In this document: piece after piece, positions 40,622 through 50,824 of the stretch
How the letters are laid out: every line of letters starts with the position of its first letter
How positions within the stretch are numbered: position 1 is the stretch's first letter
Assembly (NCBI GenBank): GCA_965237675.1
Contig: OZ250150.1
Location: 5,152,001 to 5,216,000, forward strand
Length of the DNA: 64,000 nucleotides
Source: Candidatus Latescibacterota bacterium
Lineage (GTDB): Bacteria > Latescibacterota > UBA2968 > GCA-2709665
Direction of reading: 5' to 3'
Position numbers and translations under genes: made by a program
Notes under the pieces: model-generated
What the model was told of the DNA's origin: nothing
The model's database searches: none
Seen by the model: the letters and a program-made list of their open reading frames with translations, nothing else

Positions 40622-43600
40622 TCATTTTTGCACCACAAACGTGGTTTCCTTCACAAAGGACTTTCCGCTGTTTAAATCCGTTACCTCCACCGTCAGGTAA
40701 TGTCTTCCCGACCATGCCTCTCCCAGTTCCAGTTCCGTATACGCGACTTCCGAATCCTGGAAGCCAAGTTGCTCATACCCGACCGCAACCTCCGTTTTGT
40801 TCGACCGTCCCCTGAGCGTTTGAGCCAACCTCGAAAGTACGCCGCCGGACTTCGGACCCATCGTGTACTCCACCCTGTACTGGGTCTGTCCGAAATTGTC
40901 CTTTTTCAGGTTGTAGATCTCGTAATACACAAACACGTTCTGACCCGTCCCATATGTTCGAGAGGGCATCGGTACCACGTTCAACCCGTGTTTTCCGAAC
41001 TTGCCAAGATTGGCGGCGGCCTCGCTTACGTTATAGGCCAACTCCAGGTCGCTCACACGAAGACCCTCTTTATGGTAAGACTCCACGACCACCTGCTGAC
41101 GGTAGATTCCCAATCGTCCCGTCATGCGGTCACGCGCCTTCACCTCCAGCCTGTAGACGCCCGGCGGCACTTCCAGCCTGACCACGTCCGGGAGGACCAC
41201 GTCCGGGCCCGTACGATTGCCCGGCCGTTTGTAAAACACCTCGGCCGTCTTCCGGTAAACCTTGCCCGAGAGGGACGAGAGCAACGCCAGTTGCCGCCGG
41301 ACCGCCACCTGTGTGACGTTGTGTTCGGCCAGGTAGTTTGTCGCCGCGCACGGAATGCCGTAGTAGATCTCCAGCACGCTCTTTCCGTCGGCACCTTTGA
41401 AATCGGCCAACGTGTAGTGAAAATCGTAGGGGGTCTGGCCGTATTCCGGCGCGTAGAAGTCCGGGGCTAGCGCAACCGCCTGATGGAAGACCTTTTCAGG
41501 TGAAAAACGACGAAACCGCGTTATCTGCTCGACATTCAAATCAGGTGCATTCGGAACCGGCGTAAAATCAAAAATCCTGGAGTTGAACTCGTCGGTAAAC
41601 GAGATTTCGATGCCCCCGTCGATGTTCAGGTAAATCCAGGACGCCCACGGCGTGGACCCCAGGTCCGCGCCGGCGGCAAGTACCGGATTGAAACCCGAAC
41701 CCGCGAAAATGTCCGTGTTGATACGGGACGGCGCAGGACCGAAGACCAGGTTTTCCGGGGCACTCTGTCCGATATCTCCTGCCTCGCCGATCGTCCTTCC
41801 GGCGCTTGGACCTTCCGGGTCGCTCCGATCCGTAGAGGAACCGCCATCGCGGCTTCCCTCCGTCGTTGTCATCTGCCGCAGATTCGAATCGGCGCCGTCA
41901 GGATCTCCCCCGGTAAACGCGTCGCGCTCACCCTCAATTCCGAAATCCGATGAGGCGCTCTCGAAACCCAGAATATCGCGCTGCAAGGAAAAGTTGCGAA
42001 CCGGGAACACAGGCCCCATAAAGGAGGCACCGATCGCCTGCGTTCCGTAAAGCTGGGTCGCGAGCCGCTCCTTTACGCGCAACACGGATAGATCCTGCTT
42101 CGCATTGAAGTTGTGCGAACTGGTCACGTGGTCCGGTTCTCCAAACCGTATGTACACCTCACCGCGCCGGTCCCACGGATCCTTGCCTTCGGAGAACTGC
42201 ATAATGGCATACCAGACTCGACGGTAGTGTTCCAGCAGCCGTTCGTTTACCGGCGTGCCAATATCCGGATCACGTACGTTCCAGAACCGTTCCAGAAACG
42301 CTTTCCGTGCCGCGCCCGACGTCTGTTCGTATTCGGCCAATTCCTCGGGCGACGCAATCAGTCCAATGTCAAAATAAAGCGACTGCTGCTCCTGCTCCAG
42401 CCGGGAAATGTAGGTTGAGAAAAACCCCATCGCCATATCGTACTTGTCGCGCTTGGCGCAGGCCTGAGCCACGATCGGCATCAGCTCGATTGCATCGGGA
42501 TACTCCCGTGTAAATGTCTGAATCTTATCTAAAATCCGATCGTAGTCCTTGACCTTCAGGTACGCGTACCCGAGCCGCCTGCCCACTTTCTGATCGGCCG
42601 GCCGCATCGCGAGGTACCGGGTATACCAGACAATGGCTTCCTCGTAATCCTCCATAAAATTGGCGTACCAGTCTCCCATCAACAGATAGGCATCGGCGTA
42701 CTCCGGATCCGTCTTCAACACCCGGTCCAACTCCGGCTTCACATCGTGCTCGTTCAGCATGTACCGCACGAGGGCGATCTTATACCGGGCATCCACGAAA
42801 TCCCGATCCCGGATAAGCGCCTTCCTGAAATAGGTAATCGCCTGGTAGCGTTCGTTGTGGAGTTCCATCAACACGAGGCCCAGACCGTAATAAGGCTCGG
42901 GGTCCTTCCCTGTCAGCGCGGCCGCCTTCTTGAATGCCCATCTTGCGCCCCTGTAGTATTTATCCTCCAAAAACGCATACCCCAGCTTCAGGTGTGCGTC
43001 TTTATCTCCAGAACGTTGATGCGCGACCACGCGGAGCGGAAATATCGCCCCCTCCACGTCTTTGCTCTCCAACCGTTCCGCGCCCAGACTGAAGAGCGAA
43101 TCGACCTGCGCATGGGGCATCGCCCGGGCCTGAACAGCATATCCGCCCGGGCCCCCGATCAGATGTTGAACGCGGCCCCGGTGCCAGTAACAACTCAATA
43201 TTGAATCGCCCGGATGGAAATTTGGATGGAAATAGTATCCAATCTCGGGCATATGCGGCTCGTCAGTTGCCGGACATTGGAAAAGACGCAAGAGCAATCC
43301 CATCTCCCGCTCGCTCGCAGGTCCTTCCTCCTGCTGCTGTGCCAACTTGCCGGAAGACCATTTCAGAAGAGCGCCCAGGTTCACGGACAGATCGTGGTCA
43401 TGGGCGGAGATGAACGCTGAGATCAAGTCTCCCAGGACGAGCAGGCGTTCCGAGCAAACCGCTTCCTCCAGGGCCTCGTCGTTTATAATAAGGCTTCGTA
43501 TGGCATCGATATAGCCCTGGCAGCTTCCCCTGGACAGACCCACTGCGGCATATGTCTTTCGTATATCCTTAAAACCGCTGACGGATTCCCTGTAGGCATC

Positions 43601-44371
43601 CCGAGCGCTGCGGTACTGGCCCCGGTGCATGGCGTGATGACCCCGCACCCACCAGTTCAGCGCCTGGTGAACCATCAGCATTGCCGCATCAATCTCCGTC
43701 TCCCGAACCGGTGCCGGGCGTCTTCCGCCACCTGTCATGCGCGGAACCGGCCAGGCGGGCACTTCACTGCCGTCCATTCCCACGCAATACAACGTGCCGT
43801 CCAACAGACCGGCCACGGCATCCGCACTCGGAGACCAATTGAGAGGGCCTCGCACGTGTCCCCGCACAAGCAACCGGGCACGCCCGAATGCATCAACGGT
43901 CCACAAACCGTGGTGATCCGTTACAGCCAGGCGGCGGCCGTCCGGGGCAACCGCCATATCGACCGGATCCATTCCCCTGGGCAACGGCCAGAGGGACTCT
44001 CCTGATTCGTCAATTCGCCAGACGCGGTTGCGGAGGAGGGGAAGCCGCCGCTGATTGCGCGTATCGGACGTCAGCCTGCCCACCGGCGTGGTGCCGAACG
44101 CGACGTGATCGAGTCCTCGCTCCAGATAGACCAACCCATCTCCAGGCAGAAATCCCACATCTCCGGGCGGACCCAGATAGATACCCACCCTCGTGGGCAT
44201 GGTCCCATCGGAGCGGCCGTGCCATACCTGTGTCAACAGGACCTTTGGCTTGCCGCCCGGTACCAGCCAGACTGCCCGCTGCCCATCCGGCGAGTAGACC
44301 GCGGCCGGGGCGCCGTACGTCCTGGCTGCAAGGCCCAGCAGGGCTACGATTAAGGCGCAATTTCTTAACAA
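40622..44371 (-). CDS. large exported TPR + GWxTD-type domain protein
   Basis: signal peptide; TolB-like repeats (YSPDG, APDG, WSP); TPR helices; FW..RDP..TPVNE..EHYRRV.Y....F....WDRRGEVYIRFGEPD; TTG start with GGAGG. Confidence 0.8.
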   Translation of the reverse strand: MLRNCALIVALLGLAARTYGAPAAVYSPDGQRAVWLVPGGKPKVLLTQVWHGRSDGTMPTRVGIYLGPPGDVGFLPGDGLVYLERGLDHVAFGTTPVGRLTSDTRNQRRLPLLRNRVWRIDESGESLWPLPRGMDPVDMAVAPDGRRLAVTDHHGLWTVDAFGRARLLVRGHVRGPLNWSPSADAVAGLLDGTLYCVGMDGSEVPAWPVPRMTGGGRRPAPVRETEIDAAMLMVHQALNWWVRGHHAMHRGQYRSARDAYRESVSGFKDIRKTYAAVGLSRGSCQGYIDAIRSLIINDEALEEAVCSERLLVLGDLISAFISAHDHDLSVNLGALLKWSSGKLAQQQEEGPASEREMGLLLRLFQCPATDEPHMPEIGYYFHPNFHPGDSILSCYWHRGRVQHLIGGPGGYAVQARAMPHAQVDSLFSLGAERLESKDVEGAIFPLRVVAHQRSGDKDAHLKLGYAFLEDKYYRGARWAFKKAAALTGKDPEPYYGLGLVLMELHNERYQAITYFRKALIRDRDFVDARYKIALVRYMLNEHDVKPELDRVLKTDPEYADAYLLMGDWYANFMEDYEEAIVWYTRYLAMRPADQKVGRRLGYAYLKVKDYDRILDKIQTFTREYPDAIELMPIVAQACAKRDKYDMAMGFFSTYISRLEQEQQSLYFDIGLIASPEELAEYEQTSGAARKAFLERFWNVRDPDIGTPVNERLLEHYRRVWYAIMQFSEGKDPWDRRGEVYIRFGEPDHVTSSHNFNAKQDLSVLRVKERLATQLYGTQAIGASFMGPVFPVRNFSLQRDILGFESASSDFGIEGERDAFTGGDPDGADSNLRQMTTTEGSRDGGSSTDRSDPEGPSAGRTIGEAGDIGQSAPENLVFGPAPSRINTDIFAGSGFNPVLAAGADLGSTPWASWIYLNIDGGIEISFTDEFNSRIFDFTPVPNAPDLNVEQITRFRRFSPEKVFHQAVALAPDFYAPEYGQTPYDFHYTLADFKGADGKSVLEIYYGIPCAATNYLAEHNVTQVAVRRQLALLSSLSGKVYRKTAEVFYKRPGNRTGPDVVLPDVVRLEVPPGVYRLEVKARDRMTGRLGIYRQQVVVESYHKEGLRVSDLELAYNVSEAAANLGKFGKHGLNVVPMPSRTYGTGQNVFVYYEIYNLKKDNFGQTQYRVEYTMGPKSGGVLSRLAQTLRGRSNKTEVAVGYEQLGFQDSEVAYTELELGEAWSGRHYLTVEVTDLNSGKSFVKETTFVVQK

Positions 44372-44450
44372 ACCGTCCTCCAGACCTTACAGATGCCCGG
44401 ACAACACATCATGAGGAGTGGCGAAAATGAAGTCTTATAAGATAAGAAAG

Positions 44451-45677
44451 TTACCCCCCTTTAAACAACCCCTCATTTGCGATCACCTCCAACGCCTCGC
44501 CCATCGCACGGACGGCCTCATCGATATCCGCCTCGGTGTGCGAGAAATTGGTATAGCAGACCGAATAGATAATGATCCCCCGCTTCAGCACTTCCTCGTT
44601 GAACCTGAGAAACAGTCGGCCCGCGTCCGGATGGTCAAAGACCAGTTGCCCGACGGGAGACGCTCCCACGAAGCGCGCCGGCAGGCCCAATCGCTCGCTT
44701 TGGGCATTGAAGCCTTCGTGAAGCTGGTCGCCGCGCTTCCACAGGGTGCCGATCACATCCTCCTGTTCATACACGTCCAGCACCGCCCGCGCCGCCGCCA
44801 GCCCAAGCGTGTCCCCTCCGAAGGTGGACGACACGACGCAATCCTTCACCGTCTCCATCACCGCCGCATTCCCCACAAAACAGGACAGCGGCACTCCGTT
44901 CGACAGTCCCTTGGCAAACACCCCCAGGTCGGGAACGACCCCGAAATACTCCTGCGCGCCGGCGCGCCGCAGGCGGAACCCTGTCACGATTTCGTCGAAA
45001 ATGAGGACTGCCCCGTGCTGCTCCGTCAACGCCCGCAATTCCCTCAGAAAAGAACGCCCCTGTTCGATTTCCGCATATGCGCACGCCACGCTCACGGCCG
45101 CAATCTCACCCGGGGCCTCTTTGAACGCCTCGGCATACGGCCCGATGTTTCCCCACGGCAACGCCCTGTAGGTTTTCCGTGTTGCCTCCGGCACACCGAC
45201 TCGGGCCATCGTATTGATCCAGCCGTGGTATCCGCAGGTCAGGATAAGATCCCGCTCCGTAAACGCCCTTGAAAGGCGATGTGCGGCCGCCATCGCCTCT
45301 CCGCCGGTCTTCAGGAATCGAACCCGCTGGGCGCACGGCAGCACGTCGACCAACCGCTGCGCGACGTCAACCTCCAGCGGGTGGGGATAGCTGAACACGA
45401 TACCACTTTCCAGTTGCGCCCTGACGGCCTCATCCACCGCCGGAAACCGGTAACCGAGGGAAATGGGGCCCAGTCCGTTCCGGAAATCGATATATTCGTT
45501 GCCGTCGACATCCCACACCCGGCATCCGTCACCTCGAACCAGGTAGCACGGCTCCACACCGCGCAGCGTCTCCCTCGGCGCCTTGGAATGGGTCTGCGTG
45601 CCCAGCGGGATGACCGCCTGTGCCCTGTCGTACAGCTCCCACGAGCGGGCAACCGACCGCTCAACCATCGTTGCCAT
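44451..45677 (-). CDS. class III PLP aminotransferase
   Basis: WDVDGNEYID, KTGGEA, GYHGW, FDEIVTGFR, FAKGLSNG; GGGAGG RBS. Confidence 0.9.
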   Translation of the reverse strand: MATMVERSVARSWELYDRAQAVIPLGTQTHSKAPRETLRGVEPCYLVRGDGCRVWDVDGNEYIDFRNGLGPISLGYRFPAVDEAVRAQLESGIVFSYPHPLEVDVAQRLVDVLPCAQRVRFLKTGGEAMAAAHRLSRAFTERDLILTCGYHGWINTMARVGVPEATRKTYRALPWGNIGPYAEAFKEAPGEIAAVSVACAYAEIEQGRSFLRELRALTEQHGAVLIFDEIVTGFRLRRAGAQEYFGVVPDLGVFAKGLSNGVPLSCFVGNAAVMETVKDCVVSSTFGGDTLGLAAARAVLDVYEQEDVIGTLWKRGDQLHEGFNAQSERLGLPARFVGASPVGQLVFDHPDAGRLFLRFNEEVLKRGIIIYSVCYTNFSHTEADIDEAVRAMGEALEVIANEGLFKGG

Positions 45678-45758
45678 GATTTACCTCCCAAACGAACCTT
45701 TCCACGTGCGTCGGACGACAGAATATTCGGACCACACTTCGCACCCGCACGCCGCAGG

Positions 45759-47726
45759 TCAATACCCGTGAACTGAATGCCCGCCACCCGGAAACCAGAT
45801 CATATCCACAACCAACGAAACCCCCACGCCCGTGGAATAACCCACGAGAACACCGAGGAAGAACGGCACATAACGGCGGTAGAGCGCCGCTCCACCGATT
45901 CGCAGTATGAGGAATTTGATTGCCCATGCCAGAAAAACCGAAAAAACCGTATACCGTACAGACGTCCCGGTGCCCGCCAGCGCGAATCCAACGGGGTGGA
46001 AAGGCCACCACGGAAACCGGTACTTCAGAAACGTCAACAACGACATCACCGCCGCGCCAATGCCAAACAGGCTTAGTTGCAGGCGGTCGGGCGGCTCCGG
46101 GTTGTTCATCTGGGTCAACACGCCGGCAAAGCCGGACTTGCTATAGCGGGTGAATGGGTAGTCGTTGAAATTAAAGGCCCCGTATGTATAACCAAGGTAT
46201 AACGTGAACAGGATCGAGAACACACAACCCACGCCGAAAGCCAGCAACACCGCCCCAAGTACACGCCGCCGCCCATCCCTCGGGCATACATCCGCCAGTT
46301 TGGCGCCGTGGATTACCGACGGCATGAACAGACCCTTGCCGTAGGACGCGACGCCATTGGTGAATCCCAGCGTTGTCAGACTCGACCCCGACAGGTTCCG
46401 CGATCCGAACAGCGACGCGACAAACCGCTGAGGCCCCACCGGCATGCTGATAAATACCAGACCGACGTCCGAAACAATACGCGAGACCCCCAGATAAAGG
46501 ACGAAAGTCGCCAGAACAAACGCACACGCCAGGACAAGACTCATCCCGGCCTGCCACCACCAGAAAACTGCGAACAGCACGCACACAATCAGCCCGAACA
46601 CCGCCGTCCTGAAGGACATCATTTCATCTTTTTCGTCCAGCGGCTCGGCCCTCCCCAGCGCCTTCATAAAAACCGGTTTCAGGTGGTTCCGCGACGTCCA
46701 GAATCCCCATCCCACCATCGCAAAAAACGCACCCAGAGGCAGCCACTGGAAATCACCCGATGCGTGCGACCACGAACTGGCATTATATCCCAGCCGGTTC
46801 AGAATACCGCTGCGAATGATGAACAACAGATCAAAAAACCAGAGACTGAACAGCACGTCGATATTGGCAAAATAGCAGAAGGAAATCGTAAACATATTGA
46901 TCCGCGTCCATAGACCGGGGAAATAGCGTTCAAATTTGATCCATGGACCCCAGCGGATATTCGGAATCTGTGGAAAGCCGGGAACGAAGTAGTTTATCAT
47001 GTTCCAGGCCAGAATGCCAAACGCGACGCCGAATCCGATCCAGAACAACCGCGGAAAATTAAATGTCTCCGCGCGGACTGTAAGGTCCGTGACCGGGCGC
47101 AAAATCGGAAATGACAGGCGCTCACTTTCCACCCACTGCTTGCGCAAAATCACCGCCAGGCAGACCGAACCAAAAAACAGCGCGGTAATCAGCCCCATCC
47201 AGCAAACCACCGGCACAAACCAGACGTTCCAGGGAATTGAGTCGCCGGGCGGCAATCCTTCAAACAGGTGATTCAGCGCGCCGTTCGTGTTTCTGGGCGC
47301 CAGCCAGTGCGGAATATACGGATGGAAAAACTCTCCCCACTGATTCTCCGGCGTTGCGAAATAAAACGGCGCCGCGATTGCCCCAAGGAAATACCCCGTC
47401 AGACCCACGGACGGGATGGCGCCACCGACGAGGCCTCCCGCCAGCACCACCAGCAGTTCTGTTGACGATAACGCATATCGACGCGCGAGTAACCGGCACA
47501 GCGGATTCAGGCCCAGGGCAAGCAGGAGATAAAGCAGCAGAGTACCCATTGGAAAATGACTCAACGTCATTCGCGACGCATGGACAACGTACTCCACGTA
47601 ATTCACCACAAGGTTCACCCCGACCGCCAATCCCCCGGCCAAAAGAACGCTGCGTAGCGTCACCTCCTGCCTGTCAATCCGGCCCGTGACATCCGTCGCC
47701 ACGACGACCGCTGAATCTTCAGCCAC
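45759..47726 (-). CDS. polytopic membrane protein, DUF6785/DUF6784-like putative transporter
   Basis: many TM helices; ILRKQWVESERLSFP and FPWWPFHPVG..W.IK..ILR.GG...YRR..PFFLG motifs; GTG start with GGGAG RBS. Confidence 0.72.
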   Translation of the reverse strand: MAEDSAVVVATDVTGRIDRQEVTLRSVLLAGGLAVGVNLVVNYVEYVVHASRMTLSHFPMGTLLLYLLLALGLNPLCRLLARRYALSSTELLVVLAGGLVGGAIPSVGLTGYFLGAIAAPFYFATPENQWGEFFHPYIPHWLAPRNTNGALNHLFEGLPPGDSIPWNVWFVPVVCWMGLITALFFGSVCLAVILRKQWVESERLSFPILRPVTDLTVRAETFNFPRLFWIGFGVAFGILAWNMINYFVPGFPQIPNIRWGPWIKFERYFPGLWTRINMFTISFCYFANIDVLFSLWFFDLLFIIRSGILNRLGYNASSWSHASGDFQWLPLGAFFAMVGWGFWTSRNHLKPVFMKALGRAEPLDEKDEMMSFRTAVFGLIVCVLFAVFWWWQAGMSLVLACAFVLATFVLYLGVSRIVSDVGLVFISMPVGPQRFVASLFGSRNLSGSSLTTLGFTNGVASYGKGLFMPSVIHGAKLADVCPRDGRRRVLGAVLLAFGVGCVFSILFTLYLGYTYGAFNFNDYPFTRYSKSGFAGVLTQMNNPEPPDRLQLSLFGIGAAVMSLLTFLKYRFPWWPFHPVGFALAGTGTSVRYTVFSVFLAWAIKFLILRIGGAALYRRYVPFFLGVLVGYSTGVGVSLVVDMIWFPGGGHSVHGY

Positions 47727-47776
47727 AGTGCATCTCCCTGCAGTTTTCGGACGCCTTCCTGGGCGACCCCGCCGAC

Positions 47777-47801
47777 GGGCAACCACAAGGGTTGCCCCTA
47801 C
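47777..47801 (-). repeat. GTAG-family REP palindrome
   Basis: reverse complement reads GTAG-GGGCAACC-cttgt-GGTTGCCC; 24/25 identical to 63818-63842. Confidence 0.75.
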
Positions 47802-48036
47802 AAGGCGTTATGTCCGCTCCCGGGAGCCGCCTGGAGACCGCAACATACAAAACGAGCTCGAAAAATACCAAAAGACCAGCCCGAACCATCTGTGCCGCCA
47901 TGTCGGGTGCCGATTCCGCCTCCGGTACCCCGGCAGGATTGGTATCCTGCGCCACAACGGTCTTCGACACCCTTTGATTTGCAGACGATTATTGTTTACT
48001 TTATTGAGAATATACAGGCGGAACAAGGGTTCTACA

Positions 48037-48267
48037 ATGCCGACGATATCCATTGAAGGGTATAAATTTCGGTTCTATTCTTCCGACCGGTTTGAACCGG
48101 CACATATACATGTGATAAAGGGAGGAAATGAAGCGAAAATCTGGCTTCAACCCATTGCAGTAGAATATAGCTATGGTTTCAACTCGACGGAACTGAATCG
48201 CATTGTCCGACTAACACATCGGTATCGCCAAAGATTACTGGAGTTCTGGAATGTCTATTTTACCTGA
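48037..48267 (+). CDS. DUF4160 family protein (putative toxin, HicA-like fold)
   Basis: MPTI..GYKFRFYSSD..EP.HIHV.K...EAK.WL; 76 aa; overlaps the next gene. Confidence 0.85.
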   Translation: MPTISIEGYKFRFYSSDRFEPAHIHVIKGGNEAKIWLQPIAVEYSYGFNSTELNRIVRLTHRYRQRLLEFWNVYFT

Positions 48268-48517
48268 AGAGATCACCGGTCAGGTCAAGGCAATCGGCGT
48301 TCGATTCGTCGAAAACACACTTTATGTAACATTGGACGACGGCCGAGAGATCAGCCTCTACATCCGCAGGTTCGATTGGCTGGACTGGCTTGCAAAGGCA
48401 ACTCCTGAACAACGGGCCAACTGGTCCATCGAACCCGGGGGCTTCGCCGTGTACTGGGAAGACCTGGACGACGGAATCGAAATCAGGCATCTATTAAGCA
48501 TGCAACCGCTGGGTTAG
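48251..48517 (+). CDS. DUF2442 family protein (putative antitoxin)
   Basis: LYVTLDDGR...L..ATPEQR.NW.I..GG..V.WEDLD.GI...LL; 88 aa. Confidence 0.85.
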   Translation: MSILPEEITGQVKAIGVRFVENTLYVTLDDGREISLYIRRFDWLDWLAKATPEQRANWSIEPGGFAVYWEDLDDGIEIRHLLSMQPLG

Positions 48518-48742
48518 TCGCCCGCGCTTTATACGGCATTCAATTAATACCCGTGAATCGAATGTCCCTCGCCGGAAAACCAGATAATATCCAACACGAG
48601 CATTCCAGACACAAACAGACACGCCATCCCGGCCTCCATCCCCGCACGCCAAAACCAGCTCACCACAAATATAAGACTTCCAGCCAGCCCCAGCAACGCC
48701 GACCGACAGGGTGTCATCTCCACCTACCCGAACACGACCTGT

Positions 48743-50359
48743 CTAAACGCCAGCCGCCCACGTGTTCCCGCCCGCCCGCACCTTCCCCCCCTCCGGCTTC
48801 AGATATTCCGCACAATGCGCGCCTCCCGCGACGCCCCCAACCACGTCCAATTCGTGCCCCATCTTAAGCAGCCCATCTTGAATGGCCTCGTCCAGTGATC
48901 TCGTCACCATCAGGGGCTCCTCCATCTGGACGTGCATCCGGGGGCCGGACACCGCCTCGCAGGAAGTTGCGCCGAAATCCACGATTTTCTGCGCGATCCG
49001 CGCATTCACACTCACAAGCCTGCGCCCTCCGGGCAACCCCGCCGCGACGTCGCGGTCCGGCATGCGAATCATCATCGGGGCCGTATTGTTCAAGGGCCGT
49101 TTTCCCGGCGCCACTGAATTCTTGCGTCCAGGCCGCGGATCCAGCCGGCACATCCCGTGCCCCAGAATCAACCCCGTACCGGGCACCGTGACCAGGGACC
49201 CGAATGCGCCACCCTGCGAAATCGTCACGGAAGCCACGTTGCCTTCCACGTCCGCCGCGGAAACATGGAGCGTCCCGGCTGTCGAATCCCCTTCAGGCCT
49301 CGGGGACCGGCGATCTACGTATTCCGGAAACTGCCGCACGGACTCCACGCGTCCTGCCGCGTAGTCTTTGCTCAGCAACCTCCGGACCTGAACATCCACG
49401 TGATCCGGATCCCCCAGATACAGCAGGCGATCGCGCCACGCCAATTTCAGCACTTCGGCCAGCCGGTGCCAGTACGTCACCGTATTTTCCGGCACAGGCT
49501 CGAAGCATTCCAGCATATTCAGAACCTGGAGCGCCGTCAGCCCACCGTTCGGCAATATCGCCGCATAGACGGTCGCATCGCGGTACGTGGTCTCGTAAGG
49601 CGCCGTCACACGCGGCTCATAGCGCGCCATATCCTCCCTGGTAAGCGCGCCCCCCGTAAGGCTGACGTGATCCGCGATCTTCCGCCCGATCTCCCCATCG
49701 TAGAAGTCCCGCCACCCCGCCTCACACGCACGCTTCAGAGATTTTTCCATATCCCGCCTGTGCCAGACGTCGTCCGCCCCGGGTAAACGCCCTTCCGGCA
49801 TCAGATGCTTCTCCGTTGCCGGAAACCGGCGAATTACCGCCTCCAGATTCCGGATCGAACCCGCGGTGGAGCCAAAGGGAAATCCATTTTCCAGCAACGT
49901 CAGGGACGGCGCCACGATATCCGACCACTTCAACCGGCCCCAACGCTCCCACAACACCCCCATCCCCGCCATCATTCCGGGCGGACCCACCGCCTGAGGT
50001 CCGTGCACGTTGGCGTTGCCCCGTACGGAACAGAGATATTCGTTCTCGTTGATCCCATTCGGTCCGTCCCGCATCGGCATCACGTCGTACATCGTCTCAC
50101 TCGCAGACGCGGGCGCGATCGAGTTCGCATCCAGAGACCACACCTTCCCGGACCGCCCGTCCAGCACCAGAGCGCACAGCACGTACCCCATCACGCCCGT
50201 GGACTGCGGCTGCAGCATACAGCAGGCCATACTGGTCGCGGCCGCTGCGTCCATCGCGTTTCCACCCTGCTCCAGTACGCGCGCACCCACCCGGGCCGCT
50301 TCTTCGGGGCCGGCCGCGACGGCGCCGCGGGACGCCAGGATCTCTCTCCCTTCAACCAT
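48743..50359 (-). CDS. gamma-glutamyltransferase family (Ntn) hydrolase, cytoplasmic
   Basis: GGNAMDAA, FYDGEIG, autoprocessing Thr in GTLHVSAAD.EGN, PGKRP, LPGG. Confidence 0.9.
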   Translation of the reverse strand: MVEGREILASRGAVAAGPEEAARVGARVLEQGGNAMDAAAATSMACCMLQPQSTGVMGYVLCALVLDGRSGKVWSLDANSIAPASASETMYDVMPMRDGPNGINENEYLCSVRGNANVHGPQAVGPPGMMAGMGVLWERWGRLKWSDIVAPSLTLLENGFPFGSTAGSIRNLEAVIRRFPATEKHLMPEGRLPGADDVWHRRDMEKSLKRACEAGWRDFYDGEIGRKIADHVSLTGGALTREDMARYEPRVTAPYETTYRDATVYAAILPNGGLTALQVLNMLECFEPVPENTVTYWHRLAEVLKLAWRDRLLYLGDPDHVDVQVRRLLSKDYAAGRVESVRQFPEYVDRRSPRPEGDSTAGTLHVSAADVEGNVASVTISQGGAFGSLVTVPGTGLILGHGMCRLDPRPGRKNSVAPGKRPLNNTAPMMIRMPDRDVAAGLPGGRRLVSVNARIAQKIVDFGATSCEAVSGPRMHVQMEEPLMVTRSLDEAIQDGLLKMGHELDVVGGVAGGAHCAEYLKPEGGKVRAGGNTWAAGV

Positions 50360-50474
50360 TAAATGTCTCCCTGGCAAGTGGTTGATCGGAAATTTGGTAC
50401 GTTTTGAATGTTCATTGGACGGCAACCATAAGGGTCGTCGCAACAAACCTCAATACGAAAAAAGATAGCAGCGA

Positions 50475-50619
50475 AATTGGCCACAAAAAGCACAAAAGGC
50501 ACAGAAGGTATCGGTGCGAAACGGCGTGTGCCGCAACTCCGTGGTCCTGCAGTTATCTCGCTATCTCTCGGCTATACGCCTGTAAAGGGATAGCTGTTTT
50601 TGTGCCTTTTGTGGCAATT
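50475..50619. repeat. inverted nonamer-repeat element
   Basis: GC-CACAAAAAG-CACAAAAGG-CACAGAAGG facing TTTTTGTG-CCTTTTGTG-GC about 95 nt away. Confidence 0.65.
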
Positions 50620-50824
50620 AGCCTTTATTCGAAAAGTACAGCAAGGCGACACCGCGGCGAAAACTTCAGAAACCGGGTATAAAGGTCGTTCATTTAAACG
50701 TTTTCTCCGCTCACGTCCATTGACTTAAAGCATCCTGGAACTTCGACATCAACTCGCCTTTGTTCTTCAGTGTATATTCGATTCAAGGTCCCCGAAAAAT
50801 GACGGATCAAGGCCAAATAATCTG

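Noticed and set aside
47686-48036. Upstream extension of the DUF4160 ORF (193 aa)
   Set aside because: It runs through the REP and AT-rich promoter DNA; family similarity starts at MPTI (48037).
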